A stretch of 61,019 nucleotides of DNA from Candidatus Margulisiibacteriota bacterium (lineage in GTDB: Bacteria; Margulisbacteria; Termititenacia; CAZZFK01). Location of the stretch: the NCBI GenBank assembly GCA_042562495.1, contig JBHPMC010000005.1:1-61019 (forward strand), given 5' to 3'. Every line of letters begins with the position of its first letter. Positions within the stretch are counted from its first letter, which is position 1. Below, piece by piece: positions 53,649 to 61,019 of the stretch. The position numbers were made by a program, and so were the translations under genes. The notes below the pieces were generated by a model. The model made no database searches. It saw only the letters and a list, made by a program, of their open reading frames with translations, and was not told the origin of the DNA.

Positions 53649-56126
53649 ATGGGTGTAAGAGATATGTATAAAAAAATAATTAATACTGATCCGGGAAAAA
53701 ATGACTGGAAGAAAAAAGATCTTTCATTAATAAATCGTATAATCGATCTGGTTAATGAGGATGAGCTATGCGCCGTTTCACAAGGGCATGATATTTCTCG
53801 GCAGAATGTAAAAGAAGCTTTTGCGAATATCATTCATCTGCTGGATAGTGATTATACAAGCCTGATATTTAATAAAGATAATTTTAAGGATGAATTCATT
53901 TCTTCGCATTTGTTAAGGTTCTGCAGTAGGGTAAGTCGGGCTGTAAGGCTAATTGGGCTTTGTGGCCCAAAAAACGTTATAGACTATGAGTTGAGAATGA
54001 TCGAAGCAAGCATGCTGCTTTTGTTCAAGGCCGAGAAGGTCTTGGAGCTAAAAAGCACAGATATTGATGAGGTAGAAAAAAAGCTGGATGAGTTCAAGAT
54101 ATTAGTAAAATATCCTGAAATAAAGAAAAGACTTCTCTTGTTTGTGATCAAAAATATTGCCAGAGGATCAAATTTTAAACAATATGATTTTGAAGAGCTT
54201 TCGACTGTTGCGAAAAATGATGAGGATTCGACAAAGGAGCTGTCAGGAATATTCATAGAACTGCTCAATAAAATGAATCCGAAGGACATGGAGGATCTGC
54301 TGGTTTTCTCAGAGGAATTATTTAGACATATCATAGAATGTATTGAAAACTATCCCGGGAAAAAAGTACTCTGCATAAATAACGAACAGTTTTTAGCTGA
54401 GCTAATTAAGAGATTGCCTGAATTCATAGAAGATCATCTACGTGTATTAATTATACATGATGTAAACGATATACTTTATTTTTGGTCCTTATTAGATAGC
54501 TTTGTAAGATATTTACCTACAAGAAATGTAATAAAAAACATGGCAGGAATAATAACTGACCAAAATATGATAAATCCTCTGCGCTGGATCGTGAATAATA
54601 TACCTAAGCATAAAAATGCCAGAGATTGCCGCAGGTCGGTCGGAAACCTGATCAATATGATCAATGTTCATGAATTATTGGAGGTTCATGGCCCAGCGCT
54701 GTTGGAATCTATCGAAGTTAGAGAAACATACATTGGAGATGAGCTCACAGAAGAAGAAATTGAAGAAGCGAATATTAAGTTACAAAAGGAAAAGAAAATA
54801 GTAGAGAACAACAAGCCCAGATATGTCTTAAGCTTGCTTTCGCAATTGCTGGGCTATTTAGATACTTCCCAAATTAATGAAGGCGGGGAAACGGCCCTGG
54901 CCTTTGTCGGATTTGCAGAGACGTTCGGTAATATAGCGGATGTTATTTTTGAATTAGATCTTGGCCCGATAGAAAGCTACTTAAAAGAGGTATATGCAGA
55001 AAAAGGACTAAAGCATTGTATAGGGTGCAAGGAGCTGATAAAGATCAATAAGTTGCTGGTCCAGGAAGCTTTTAAGTTCTTTTTTAAAGATATTCAGATG
55101 CCGGCAAAAATAAAGCAGGCGCTGAAAAAGGCTTACTTAGAAAAAGATTCAATATTCAGCAGGGATAAATTCTTGATAACAATACTTAAGTATTATTTTT
55201 TTCAGAAAGACAGAGGCAAGGAGTTGGTCATTGAGCTATTGGAAATCCTGTTGAAAAACGGTCCTAAAAAAGAAAACAATTTTTCTACTCAAGAATATAA
55301 GTTTTATCATACTCAGTTACCTAAAGAGGATCTCAAGACTAAATTTGTCGGGATATACCAGGACATTCTAGCTCATTTAGGTGTTAAAGATATTAATGAT
55401 GTGCAGAACATCACTGTAAAGGGCACACTGCAAGATATAAAAAGCACTTTGCTTCTGGGCAAAGAGGTGCCTTTAGAGAAGCTTGAGAAATGGACCGGCT
55501 TATTCCAGAAAAAAGAGCTGATGAAGGATTTTCCGAATGTTCAAGAAGTACTTGTGAATTTTGAACAGATACAGAAAGTGCAGGAAAAACAGAATGTAAA
55601 GGGAGCAATTAGAATCCCCATGATAATGGAGATCAGCAGCGATATGATTGATATATTAAACTCGGGAATTGAGCCGCTTAGGACCTGCCAAAGGATAACA
55701 ACAGAGACAGGTGTTAACAAGAACGGAGAGCCGATACAAAGAGCCATAGATCCGCGGTTCTATTTGGCCAGGGTCCGAAAAGAGGACGGCGGAGAGATCG
55801 TGGGCAGGGCTATTCTAGAACAGATACCAACAGAGGATGGCAAGCAGGTATTTTTGTTGGAGAGAAGATATTTAACAAGCATATCCGATAAAGATTTTGT
55901 AGGGGCTGTATTTAGAGCGATATTTGATGATATTGATATTTTGATACCTGCAAATGGAGCAGAATACCTTCCAGGGCATAAAAAGATCGCACTTGAACTT
56001 AGCCAATTGAGCGAAGGAGTGTACAGGGATAGCTTTTATGCAGGGCAAAAAGTTACAGGAGTTAAGACTGATCTAAATAGTGATGCCAAAGCATTACTTA
56101 AGCCAATGTTCCCTGGAATAAAATAA
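53649..56126 (+). CDS. Large orphan protein (825 aa) downstream of the pilus/ferredoxin genes
   Basis: Uninterrupted 2.5-kb ORF that looks all-helical and HEAT/ARM-like (K/E/L/I/F-rich). There are no TMs. A distinct C-terminal ~180 aa ('...PLRTCQRITTETGVNKNGEPIQRAIDPRFYLARVRKEDGGEIVGRAILEQ...') looks mixed alpha/beta. Confidence 0.6.
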   Translation: MGVRDMYKKIINTDPGKNDWKKKDLSLINRIIDLVNEDELCAVSQGHDISRQNVKEAFANIIHLLDSDYTSLIFNKDNFKDEFISSHLLRFCSRVSRAVRLIGLCGPKNVIDYELRMIEASMLLLFKAEKVLELKSTDIDEVEKKLDEFKILVKYPEIKKRLLLFVIKNIARGSNFKQYDFEELSTVAKNDEDSTKELSGIFIELLNKMNPKDMEDLLVFSEELFRHIIECIENYPGKKVLCINNEQFLAELIKRLPEFIEDHLRVLIIHDVNDILYFWSLLDSFVRYLPTRNVIKNMAGIITDQNMINPLRWIVNNIPKHKNARDCRRSVGNLINMINVHELLEVHGPALLESIEVRETYIGDELTEEEIEEANIKLQKEKKIVENNKPRYVLSLLSQLLGYLDTSQINEGGETALAFVGFAETFGNIADVIFELDLGPIESYLKEVYAEKGLKHCIGCKELIKINKLLVQEAFKFFFKDIQMPAKIKQALKKAYLEKDSIFSRDKFLITILKYYFFQKDRGKELVIELLEILLKNGPKKENNFSTQEYKFYHTQLPKEDLKTKFVGIYQDILAHLGVKDINDVQNITVKGTLQDIKSTLLLGKEVPLEKLEKWTGLFQKKELMKDFPNVQEVLVNFEQIQKVQEKQNVKGAIRIPMIMEISSDMIDILNSGIEPLRTCQRITTETGVNKNGEPIQRAIDPRFYLARVRKEDGGEIVGRAILEQIPTEDGKQVFLLERRYLTSISDKDFVGAVFRAIFDDIDILIPANGAEYLPGHKKIALELSQLSEGVYRDSFYAGQKVTGVKTDLNSDAKALLKPMFPGIK

Positions 56127-56281
56127 TAAATTAAATACCATCTTGCGCAGTTGAGAGAGCTGTTTGCCAAGCGGATATCCCTTAATAAGTTGAGATTCTC
56201 TACTATAATATGTTAAAATCTACTCACTTCTTACGCGGGGTAAGGAGTTTTATAAATTATGTATATAACAGGTGAATTAAT

Positions 56282-56773
56282 TTGGCAGAGTTCTCATTTG
56301 ACGTTACTTCTGAAGTCAATCTTCAGATCGTTGATAACGCAGTAAATACAGCAAATAAAGAAATAGCAAATCGCTACGATTTTCGCGGTAGTATCGCTAA
56401 AATTACGCGCGAAAACGATGCTTTGCATCTGGTGGCCGAGGATGATTATAAGATCCGGGCCATGACCGAAATGTTCCGCGCCAAGGCTGCCAAACAGGGT
56501 ATCCAGATAAAATTCTTCGATTTCAGTACGAAAGTAGATGATTCTTTAGGCGGGAATTTCAAGCAACAGGTGCCGATCAACCAGGGTATCAGCAAAGAAA
56601 AAGGTAAGGAAATAAATATTTTCATTAAAGACCTGAAATTAAAAGCACATTCGCAGATCCAGGATAATAAGATCCGAGTTTCCGGAAAAAGCAAAGATGA
56701 TCTGCAAAAGGTAATGGTAGCGCTCAAGGGTAAAGACTTTGGGATAGCATTGGAGTTTGGAAATTATAGGTAG
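56282..56773 (+). CDS. yajQ: YajQ family nucleotide-binding protein (UPF0234)
   Basis: 'SFDVTSEVNLQIVDNAVNTANKEIANRYDFRGS' and the C-terminal 'KIRVSGKSKDDLQKVM'. TTG start with an AGGTGA SD. Confidence 0.85.
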   Translation: MAEFSFDVTSEVNLQIVDNAVNTANKEIANRYDFRGSIAKITRENDALHLVAEDDYKIRAMTEMFRAKAAKQGIQIKFFDFSTKVDDSLGGNFKQQVPINQGISKEKGKEINIFIKDLKLKAHSQIQDNKIRVSGKSKDDLQKVMVALKGKDFGIALEFGNYR

Positions 56774-58073
56774 CAAGAAAATAGCTGTGATCAGCTTAGG
56801 CTGCCCGAAGAATCTCACGGATAGTGAGGTAATGCTCGGGCAAGTGCTCGAGGCAGGATATGAGATCGTTAGTGAGGCCGATGGTGCCGATGTTCTTTTG
56901 ATAAATACTTGTGCTTTTCTGGAAAGTGCCAGAAGCGAAGCTTCTCAGCAGATAACCGAGAGCGTGGAACTAAAGACCAAGGGTAAAGTTCAAAAAATAA
57001 TAGTTGCCGGTTGTTTGCCTGTTTATGACAAAGAAAAGCTTCTGGAAAAATGGCCGCAGATCGATGCAGTGATCGGTCCGGCGGAGATCTACAAGCTCTC
57101 CGAGATCCTAGAAAAGCCTGAACAAAAAGTTTATGTTGGCAGTTTGAAATATGATCTACTGCCGGCGAGCAGGGTAATTGCCACAGGAGCGGGCTCGGCT
57201 TATTTAAAGATAGCTGACGGCTGTGACAATCGCTGCGCGTTCTGTACTATTCCGAGATTGCGGGGTCCTTATCGTAGCAAAGAAGAGGAAGTAGTACTGG
57301 CGGAAGCAGAAACTCTGGTCAAAAGCGGTATCCGGGAGATCATTTTGATCGCTCAGGATACGACAGCTTACGGGAAGGATCTGCCCGGCCGGCTTGATCT
57401 GGCAGGATTGATCAAGAAGCTTGCTAAGTTCAAAGAGCTGGAATGGATCAGGATCATGTATGCCTATCCGACTCACATCACAGATAGCTTGATAAAAGTG
57501 ATGGCGGAGGAAGAAAAGGTCTGCAAATATCTTGATCTGCCGCTGCAGCATATTGATAGCAAGATACTACAGAGCATGAAAAGAGCCGCGGGAGAAAAAG
57601 AAATTAGAAAGGTAGTTAAGAAATTAAAAGCCGCAATACCGGAAATAGCATTGCGCACCACTTTCATAGTGGGTTATCCAGGAGAGCGGGAAGAACAATT
57701 TGAGAAGTTATTGGATTTTATAGAGGAGTCAAGGTTCGCAAGAGTAGGTGCTTTCACCTATTCCAAAGAAAAAGGGACTTCGGCAGCAAAACTAAGGGAA
57801 CAAGTTGCCGAGGGAACTAAAGAACAGCGTTATATGAGATTGATGAGTTTGCAGAACAAGATCTCAAAGGAGCAGAACAAGATGTTCGTCGGAAAAGAAT
57901 TAAAAGTCTTGATGGAAACGGCTAAAGTGGGCCGTTCCTTCCGCGATGCTCCCGAGATCGACGGTATCGTCCAAGTAGATGGTACAAAAAATGCTCCTTC
58001 ACCCGGCGATATGGTCACCGTTCGGATCACAAGATCCAGCGATCACGATCTGGGTGGAAAAATGGTCACTTGA
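56757..58073 (+). CDS. rimO: Ribosomal protein S12 methylthiotransferase RimO
   Basis: 'KIAVISLGCPKNLTDSEVMLG' N-terminal UPF0004 domain, radical-SAM 'CDNRCAFCTIP', and a C-terminal TRAM domain ('VGKELKVLME...GDMVTVRIT'). The exact start is uncertain. Confidence 0.9.
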   Translation: MEIIGSKKIAVISLGCPKNLTDSEVMLGQVLEAGYEIVSEADGADVLLINTCAFLESARSEASQQITESVELKTKGKVQKIIVAGCLPVYDKEKLLEKWPQIDAVIGPAEIYKLSEILEKPEQKVYVGSLKYDLLPASRVIATGAGSAYLKIADGCDNRCAFCTIPRLRGPYRSKEEEVVLAEAETLVKSGIREIILIAQDTTAYGKDLPGRLDLAGLIKKLAKFKELEWIRIMYAYPTHITDSLIKVMAEEEKVCKYLDLPLQHIDSKILQSMKRAAGEKEIRKVVKKLKAAIPEIALRTTFIVGYPGEREEQFEKLLDFIEESRFARVGAFTYSKEKGTSAAKLREQVAEGTKEQRYMRLMSLQNKISKEQNKMFVGKELKVLMETAKVGRSFRDAPEIDGIVQVDGTKNAPSPGDMVTVRITRSSDHDLGGKMVT

Positions 58074-58582
58074 CCTTAGCATCCTGGATCACATTATTAC
58101 GCTGTTTTGGCGGTCCCTTAGTTGCCTTCTTTGTCCAGTTCCCTGATAAAAGATATTTGGCGGCCTATTTGTTCGTGGCCTTTGCACTGACAGATTGGCT
58201 GGATGGTTTTATAGCGCGTCGTACAAATACGATCACGAACTTTGGTAAATATATAGATCCCTTTGCGGATAAGATCCTGGTCATGTCGGTTTTTGTGGCA
58301 ATGACGTATTTTCGCCTGTTGCCTTTATGGGGAGTGCTCATTGTCTTGATCCGGGAAATGGCCGTGATGCTGATAAGGATCATCGGGGTGGAGAGAAAAA
58401 AAATATTAGCGGCCAGTTGGTCGGCCAAGTTCAAAACGGTGGTCCAAATGGCAGCGGTCTTTGTGAATTTAATGGGGTGGCCTTATGCACTGCCGCTGTT
58501 CTGGTTCGCGGTAGTGGTTACGGTCTATAGTTTTTTGGAATATGTTTGGGTGAACCGGAAATTGTTCGTACAGATAGGATAA
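58070..58582 (+). CDS. pgsA: CDP-diacylglycerol--glycerol-3-phosphate 3-phosphatidyltransferase
   Basis: 'DWLDGFIARRTNTITNFGKYIDPFADK' is the CDP-alcohol phosphatidyltransferase motif D-x2-D-G-x2-A-R-x8-G-x3-D-x3-D. It overlaps the rimO stop (TTGA). Confidence 0.85.
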   Translation: MTLASWITLLRCFGGPLVAFFVQFPDKRYLAAYLFVAFALTDWLDGFIARRTNTITNFGKYIDPFADKILVMSVFVAMTYFRLLPLWGVLIVLIREMAVMLIRIIGVERKKILAASWSAKFKTVVQMAAVFVNLMGWPYALPLFWFAVVVTVYSFLEYVWVNRKLFVQIG

Positions 58583-58583
58583 C

Positions 58584-58641
58584 CCCCTAACAGCAAATCT
58601 AGGGGTTGTCGATGTGGAATGCTCCCCCTAAGGGGAGATTT
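58584..58641 (+). terminator. Two short GC hairpins after pgsA (weak terminator candidates)
   Basis: CCCCTA-(10 nt)-TAGGGG followed by TTGT. Then CTCCCC-CTAA-GGGGAG followed by ATTT. Confidence 0.3.
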
Positions 58642-58658
58642 AAAGGAAGAGATAATAG

Positions 58659-59183
58659 ATGGATCAATTTCAAGTGCTTTTGGACCAGGCTTCCACTCAG
58701 GCGAATCTGAAGTTGGAAGAAAAAGTGGCGAATCTTTTAAAAAAGCACAATCATACGGTGGCGGTAGCCGAATCTTTGACCGGTGGGCTGATCAGCTCGC
58801 GTTTGACCAGAATGCCGGGCAGTTCGGATTTTTTTGTGGGGGGAGTGGTTGCTTACCATACTCTGGTCAAAGTACAGCAGGTGGGAGTGGATCCTAAGCT
58901 CATTGCCAAGCATGGTGTGGTCAGCGAAGAAGTTGCTATGGCCATGGCCGAAGGGATCCGCAGTCGCTTGAAAACAGATATTGGCTTAGCAGCAACTGGT
59001 GTTGCCGGGCCGGATCCTCTGCCGGGTGTACCGGTGGGGACAGTGTGGCTGGGCATGTCAGTTGCAGGTGAAAAGAAAGCTAAAAAGTTCGTGTTCGAGG
59101 GGCAGCGTGATGATATTCGTCAGAGGGCATCACAAGCAGCTTTGGGCATGATCTGGATACATTATGGAGAATTAGTTATATGA
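58659..59183 (+). CDS. cinA: CinA C-terminal domain protein / nicotinamide-nucleotide amidohydrolase (PncC-like)
   Basis: 'VAVAESLTGGLISSRLT', 'GGVVAYH', 'GVVSEEVAMAMA', 'ATGVAGP'. It lacks the N-terminal MoCF-binding domain. Confidence 0.85.
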   Translation: MDQFQVLLDQASTQANLKLEEKVANLLKKHNHTVAVAESLTGGLISSRLTRMPGSSDFFVGGVVAYHTLVKVQQVGVDPKLIAKHGVVSEEVAMAMAEGIRSRLKTDIGLAATGVAGPDPLPGVPVGTVWLGMSVAGEKKAKKFVFEGQRDDIRQRASQAALGMIWIHYGELVI

Positions 59184-59764
59184 GCGATAAAAAAAGATTA
59201 TTTGTAGCGGTGGAGCTGCCGCCGGATATAAAAGAAAAGATATATAAAGACGTAGAGCCATTGCTCTCAAAATCCGATCAGGTCAAATGGGTGGAGCAGG
59301 AAAATTATCATTTTACGCTAAAATTCCTAGGGGCTGTGGCAGAAGAGAAGATCGAGAAGGTCGTTGAAAAATTAAAAGAAGTGTCCGCCAAGACGGGCGA
59401 ATTTGAAATGTATCTCGGCAATTTTGATATTTTGCCGGAGCAAGGGCCGGCCCGAGTGATCTATGTCGAAGTAGGCGGCGGAGAAGAAGAAATGAACACT
59501 TCTGCTTTTGAAGTAGAAGAAGCAATGGCGGGTTTGGGAGTTACTAAAGAAAAAAGGCAATTCGTAGCGCATCTTACGGTGGGCAGGATAAAGAAGGACA
59601 AAGGCCTGGAAGAGCTCAAGGAGGGAATTAAAAAGCTCCAGGGTATCTGTTCTTCGATAAAAGTGAGGGAGTTCGTGCTTTTTGAAAGCAAGCTTACTCA
59701 CGCGGGGCCGACCTATCAGGCGCTTGAAAAATTCGCTTTAGCGGGGAAAATTGCAACAAACTAG
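59180..59764 (+). CDS. thpR: RNA 2',3'-cyclic phosphodiesterase / 2'-5' RNA ligase family (ThpR/LigT)
   Basis: Two H-x-T/S-x motifs, 'HFTLKFLG' and 'HLTVGRI', with the expected spacing. Confidence 0.8.
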   Translation: MSDKKRLFVAVELPPDIKEKIYKDVEPLLSKSDQVKWVEQENYHFTLKFLGAVAEEKIEKVVEKLKEVSAKTGEFEMYLGNFDILPEQGPARVIYVEVGGGEEEMNTSAFEVEEAMAGLGVTKEKRQFVAHLTVGRIKKDKGLEELKEGIKKLQGICSSIKVREFVLFESKLTHAGPTYQALEKFALAGKIATN

Positions 59765-59781
59765 TTTAAGGAGGAAAGGTT

Positions 59782-60849
59782 ATGACAATGGACAAAGAAC
59801 GAGCTAAAGCAGTAGATATGGCTTTGGATCAGATTCAGAAGAATTATGGCAAGGGTGCCATTATGAGAATGGGAGATGCTTCTAAATTACAGGTAGAATC
59901 CATTCCTACAGGAGCCTTATCTTTGGATATGGCTTTGGGTATTGGCGGCTTACCAAGAGGACGGATCATCGAGGTGTATGGCCCGGAATCTTCGGGGAAG
60001 ACCACGGTATCTTTGCATGTGGTAGCGGAATGTCAGAAAAGAGGTGGAGTGGCTGCCTTTATAGATGCGGAAAATTCTTTGGACCCGGTCTATGCTTCGA
60101 AATTAGGAGTTAAAGTGGATGATCTTTTGATCTCCCAGCCGGATTTCGGGGAACAAGCTTTGGATATCTGTGAGACCTTGGTCCGCAGCGGAGCTATAGA
60201 TGTCATTGTAGTAGATTCTGTCGCGGCCTTGGTGCCAAAAGCAGAGATCGAAGGTGATATGGGTGATTCGCATATGGGTTTGCAGGCCAGATTGATGTCT
60301 CAGGCCTTGCGTAAATTGGCGGCGATCGTAAATAAATCCAAGACGGTGGTCGTCTTCATCAATCAGCTGAGAGAGAAGATCGGAATTGTGTTCGGAAATC
60401 CGGAGACTACGCCGGGTGGCCGGGCCTTGAAATTCTATTCTTCCGTACGTTTGGAGGTCCGCCGTATAGAATCGATCAAGAACGGCATGGATATCACGGG
60501 CAATAGGGTGCGGGTCAAGGTGGTCAAAAATAAAGTGGCCCCGCCGTTCAAGAAGACCGAGCTTGAGATATTTTTTGGAGAAGGGATCTCCAAGATCGGG
60601 GATATCCTGGATCTTAGTGTTAATAATGGCCTGATAGAAAAGAGCGGTACCTGGTTCTCTCATAGCGGGACCAAGATAGGCCAGGGTCGGGATAATGCCC
60701 GAAAGTATTTGAAAGACAATCCTGGATTACTGGAAGAATTGGAACAGCAGATCAGAGAAAAGATGAATCCGGAAAAAGAGGAAGCAGTAGTGCAGCCGGT
60801 TGAGATAAAAGAGAAAAAGGTTAAGAAGGAGGAGGCAAAGGTTAAATAA
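59782..60849 (+). CDS. recA: Recombinase RecA
   Basis: '[19 protein letters not shown]', Walker A 'GPESSGKTT', '[10 protein letters not shown]', '[10 protein letters not shown]', '[10 protein letters not shown]'. Confidence 0.97.
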   Translation: MTMDKERAKAVDMALDQIQKNYGKGAIMRMGDASKLQVESIPTGALSLDMALGIGGLPRGRIIEVYGPESSGKTTVSLHVVAECQKRGGVAAFIDAENSLDPVYASKLGVKVDDLLISQPDFGEQALDICETLVRSGAIDVIVVDSVAALVPKAEIEGDMGDSHMGLQARLMSQALRKLAAIVNKSKTVVVFINQLREKIGIVFGNPETTPGGRALKFYSSVRLEVRRIESIKNGMDITGNRVRVKVVKNKVAPPFKKTELEIFFGEGISKIGDILDLSVNNGLIEKSGTWFSHSGTKIGQGRDNARKYLKDNPGLLEELEQQIREKMNPEKEEAVVQPVEIKEKKVKKEEAKVK

Positions 60850-60921
60850 ATATGGGGATATTTGTTGAATGTTCAAAGTAAATCGTGCGGATCTAAACTA
60901 AAACAGGAGGAGTGATAGAGG

Positions 60922-61019
60922 ATGTGGATTAGTATTGGGGTAGCAGTGTTCTTGGCTTTTGTTGGTTTTGGCATCTATAAATGGATCTCGGCCAATCAGC
61001 ATGTTCAAGAATCGGAAAG
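60922..61019 (+). CDS. 5' end of a membrane-anchored protein, possibly ribonuclease Y (partial, runs off window)
   Basis: The ATG is preceded by an AGGAGG SD. 'MWISIGVAVFLAFVGFGIYKWI...' is a single N-terminal TM, like RNase Y. pgsA-cinA-recA-rny synteny is typical of Firmicutes-like genomes. Only 32 codons are visible. Confidence 0.4.
   Translation, partial: MWISIGVAVFLAFVGFGIYKWISANQHVQESE

Noticed and set aside
1-61019. CRISPR arrays, rRNA/tRNA genes, transposases, integrases, prophage or toxin-antitoxin modules, and restriction-modification or other known defence systems.
   Set aside because: No regularly spaced direct repeats, no rRNA- or tRNA-like conserved blocks, and no DDE, tyrosine or serine recombinase motifs were seen in any frame. 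The only nuclease-like gene is a stand-alone HNH protein (15482-15985) with no adjacent methyltransferase, helicase or ATPase partner, so I do not call a defence system.

Overview
Chromosomal, mostly housekeeping segment of an AT-rich bacterium; composition is judged by eye and no taxon can be assigned from sequence alone. No rRNA, tRNA, CRISPR array, transposase or integrase was seen. Strong AAGGAGG-type Shine-Dalgarno sites precede most genes.

Gene order, left to right:
- ogt.
- A flagellar hook and export operon: fliK-flgD-flgE-fliM-fliN-fliO-fliP-[417-aa unknown]-fliQ-fliR-flhB-flhA.
- A block of orphan genes with an alternative sigma factor, an HNH endonuclease, a small OMP-like protein and a LysM-like giant.
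- Envelope precursor genes: wecA/tagO-like, wecB, murA.
- A pgpH-ybeY-dgkA-CNNM/CBS block, then a UPF0182 protein.
- A 1706-aa repeat protein, a U32 peptidase and an OstA/LptC-like protein.
- The rod-shape cluster on the minus strand: maf-mreB-[806-aa opposite-strand unknown]-mreC-mreD-mrdA-rodA, followed by a SPOR protein.
- A compact type IV filament cluster: STAS protein, PilB/GspE ATPase, PilC/GspF platform, three prepilin-like genes, a small ferredoxin and an 825-aa unknown.
- yajQ-rimO-pgsA-cinA(C-terminal)-thpR-recA, and the start of a probable rny.

Main things worth a second look:
1. Five large orphan ORFs (703-1706 aa, about 23% of the window) sit at breaks in otherwise conserved operons.
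2. The 1706-aa ORF carries about 10 tandem '(A/L/V)G(M/I)T-D-(I/V)-E-D-I-N-K-L-P-W' repeats.
3. An unknown membrane-anchored gene lies between fliP and fliQ.
4. The type IV filament operon is bracketed by a STAS protein and by a ferredoxin plus an 825-aa protein.
5. A 32-bp perfect palindrome abuts a near-consensus promoter upstream of the sigma factor operon.
6. GATC is strongly and unevenly over-represented.

All functional calls come from motifs read by eye in the supplied translations. No database search was run.
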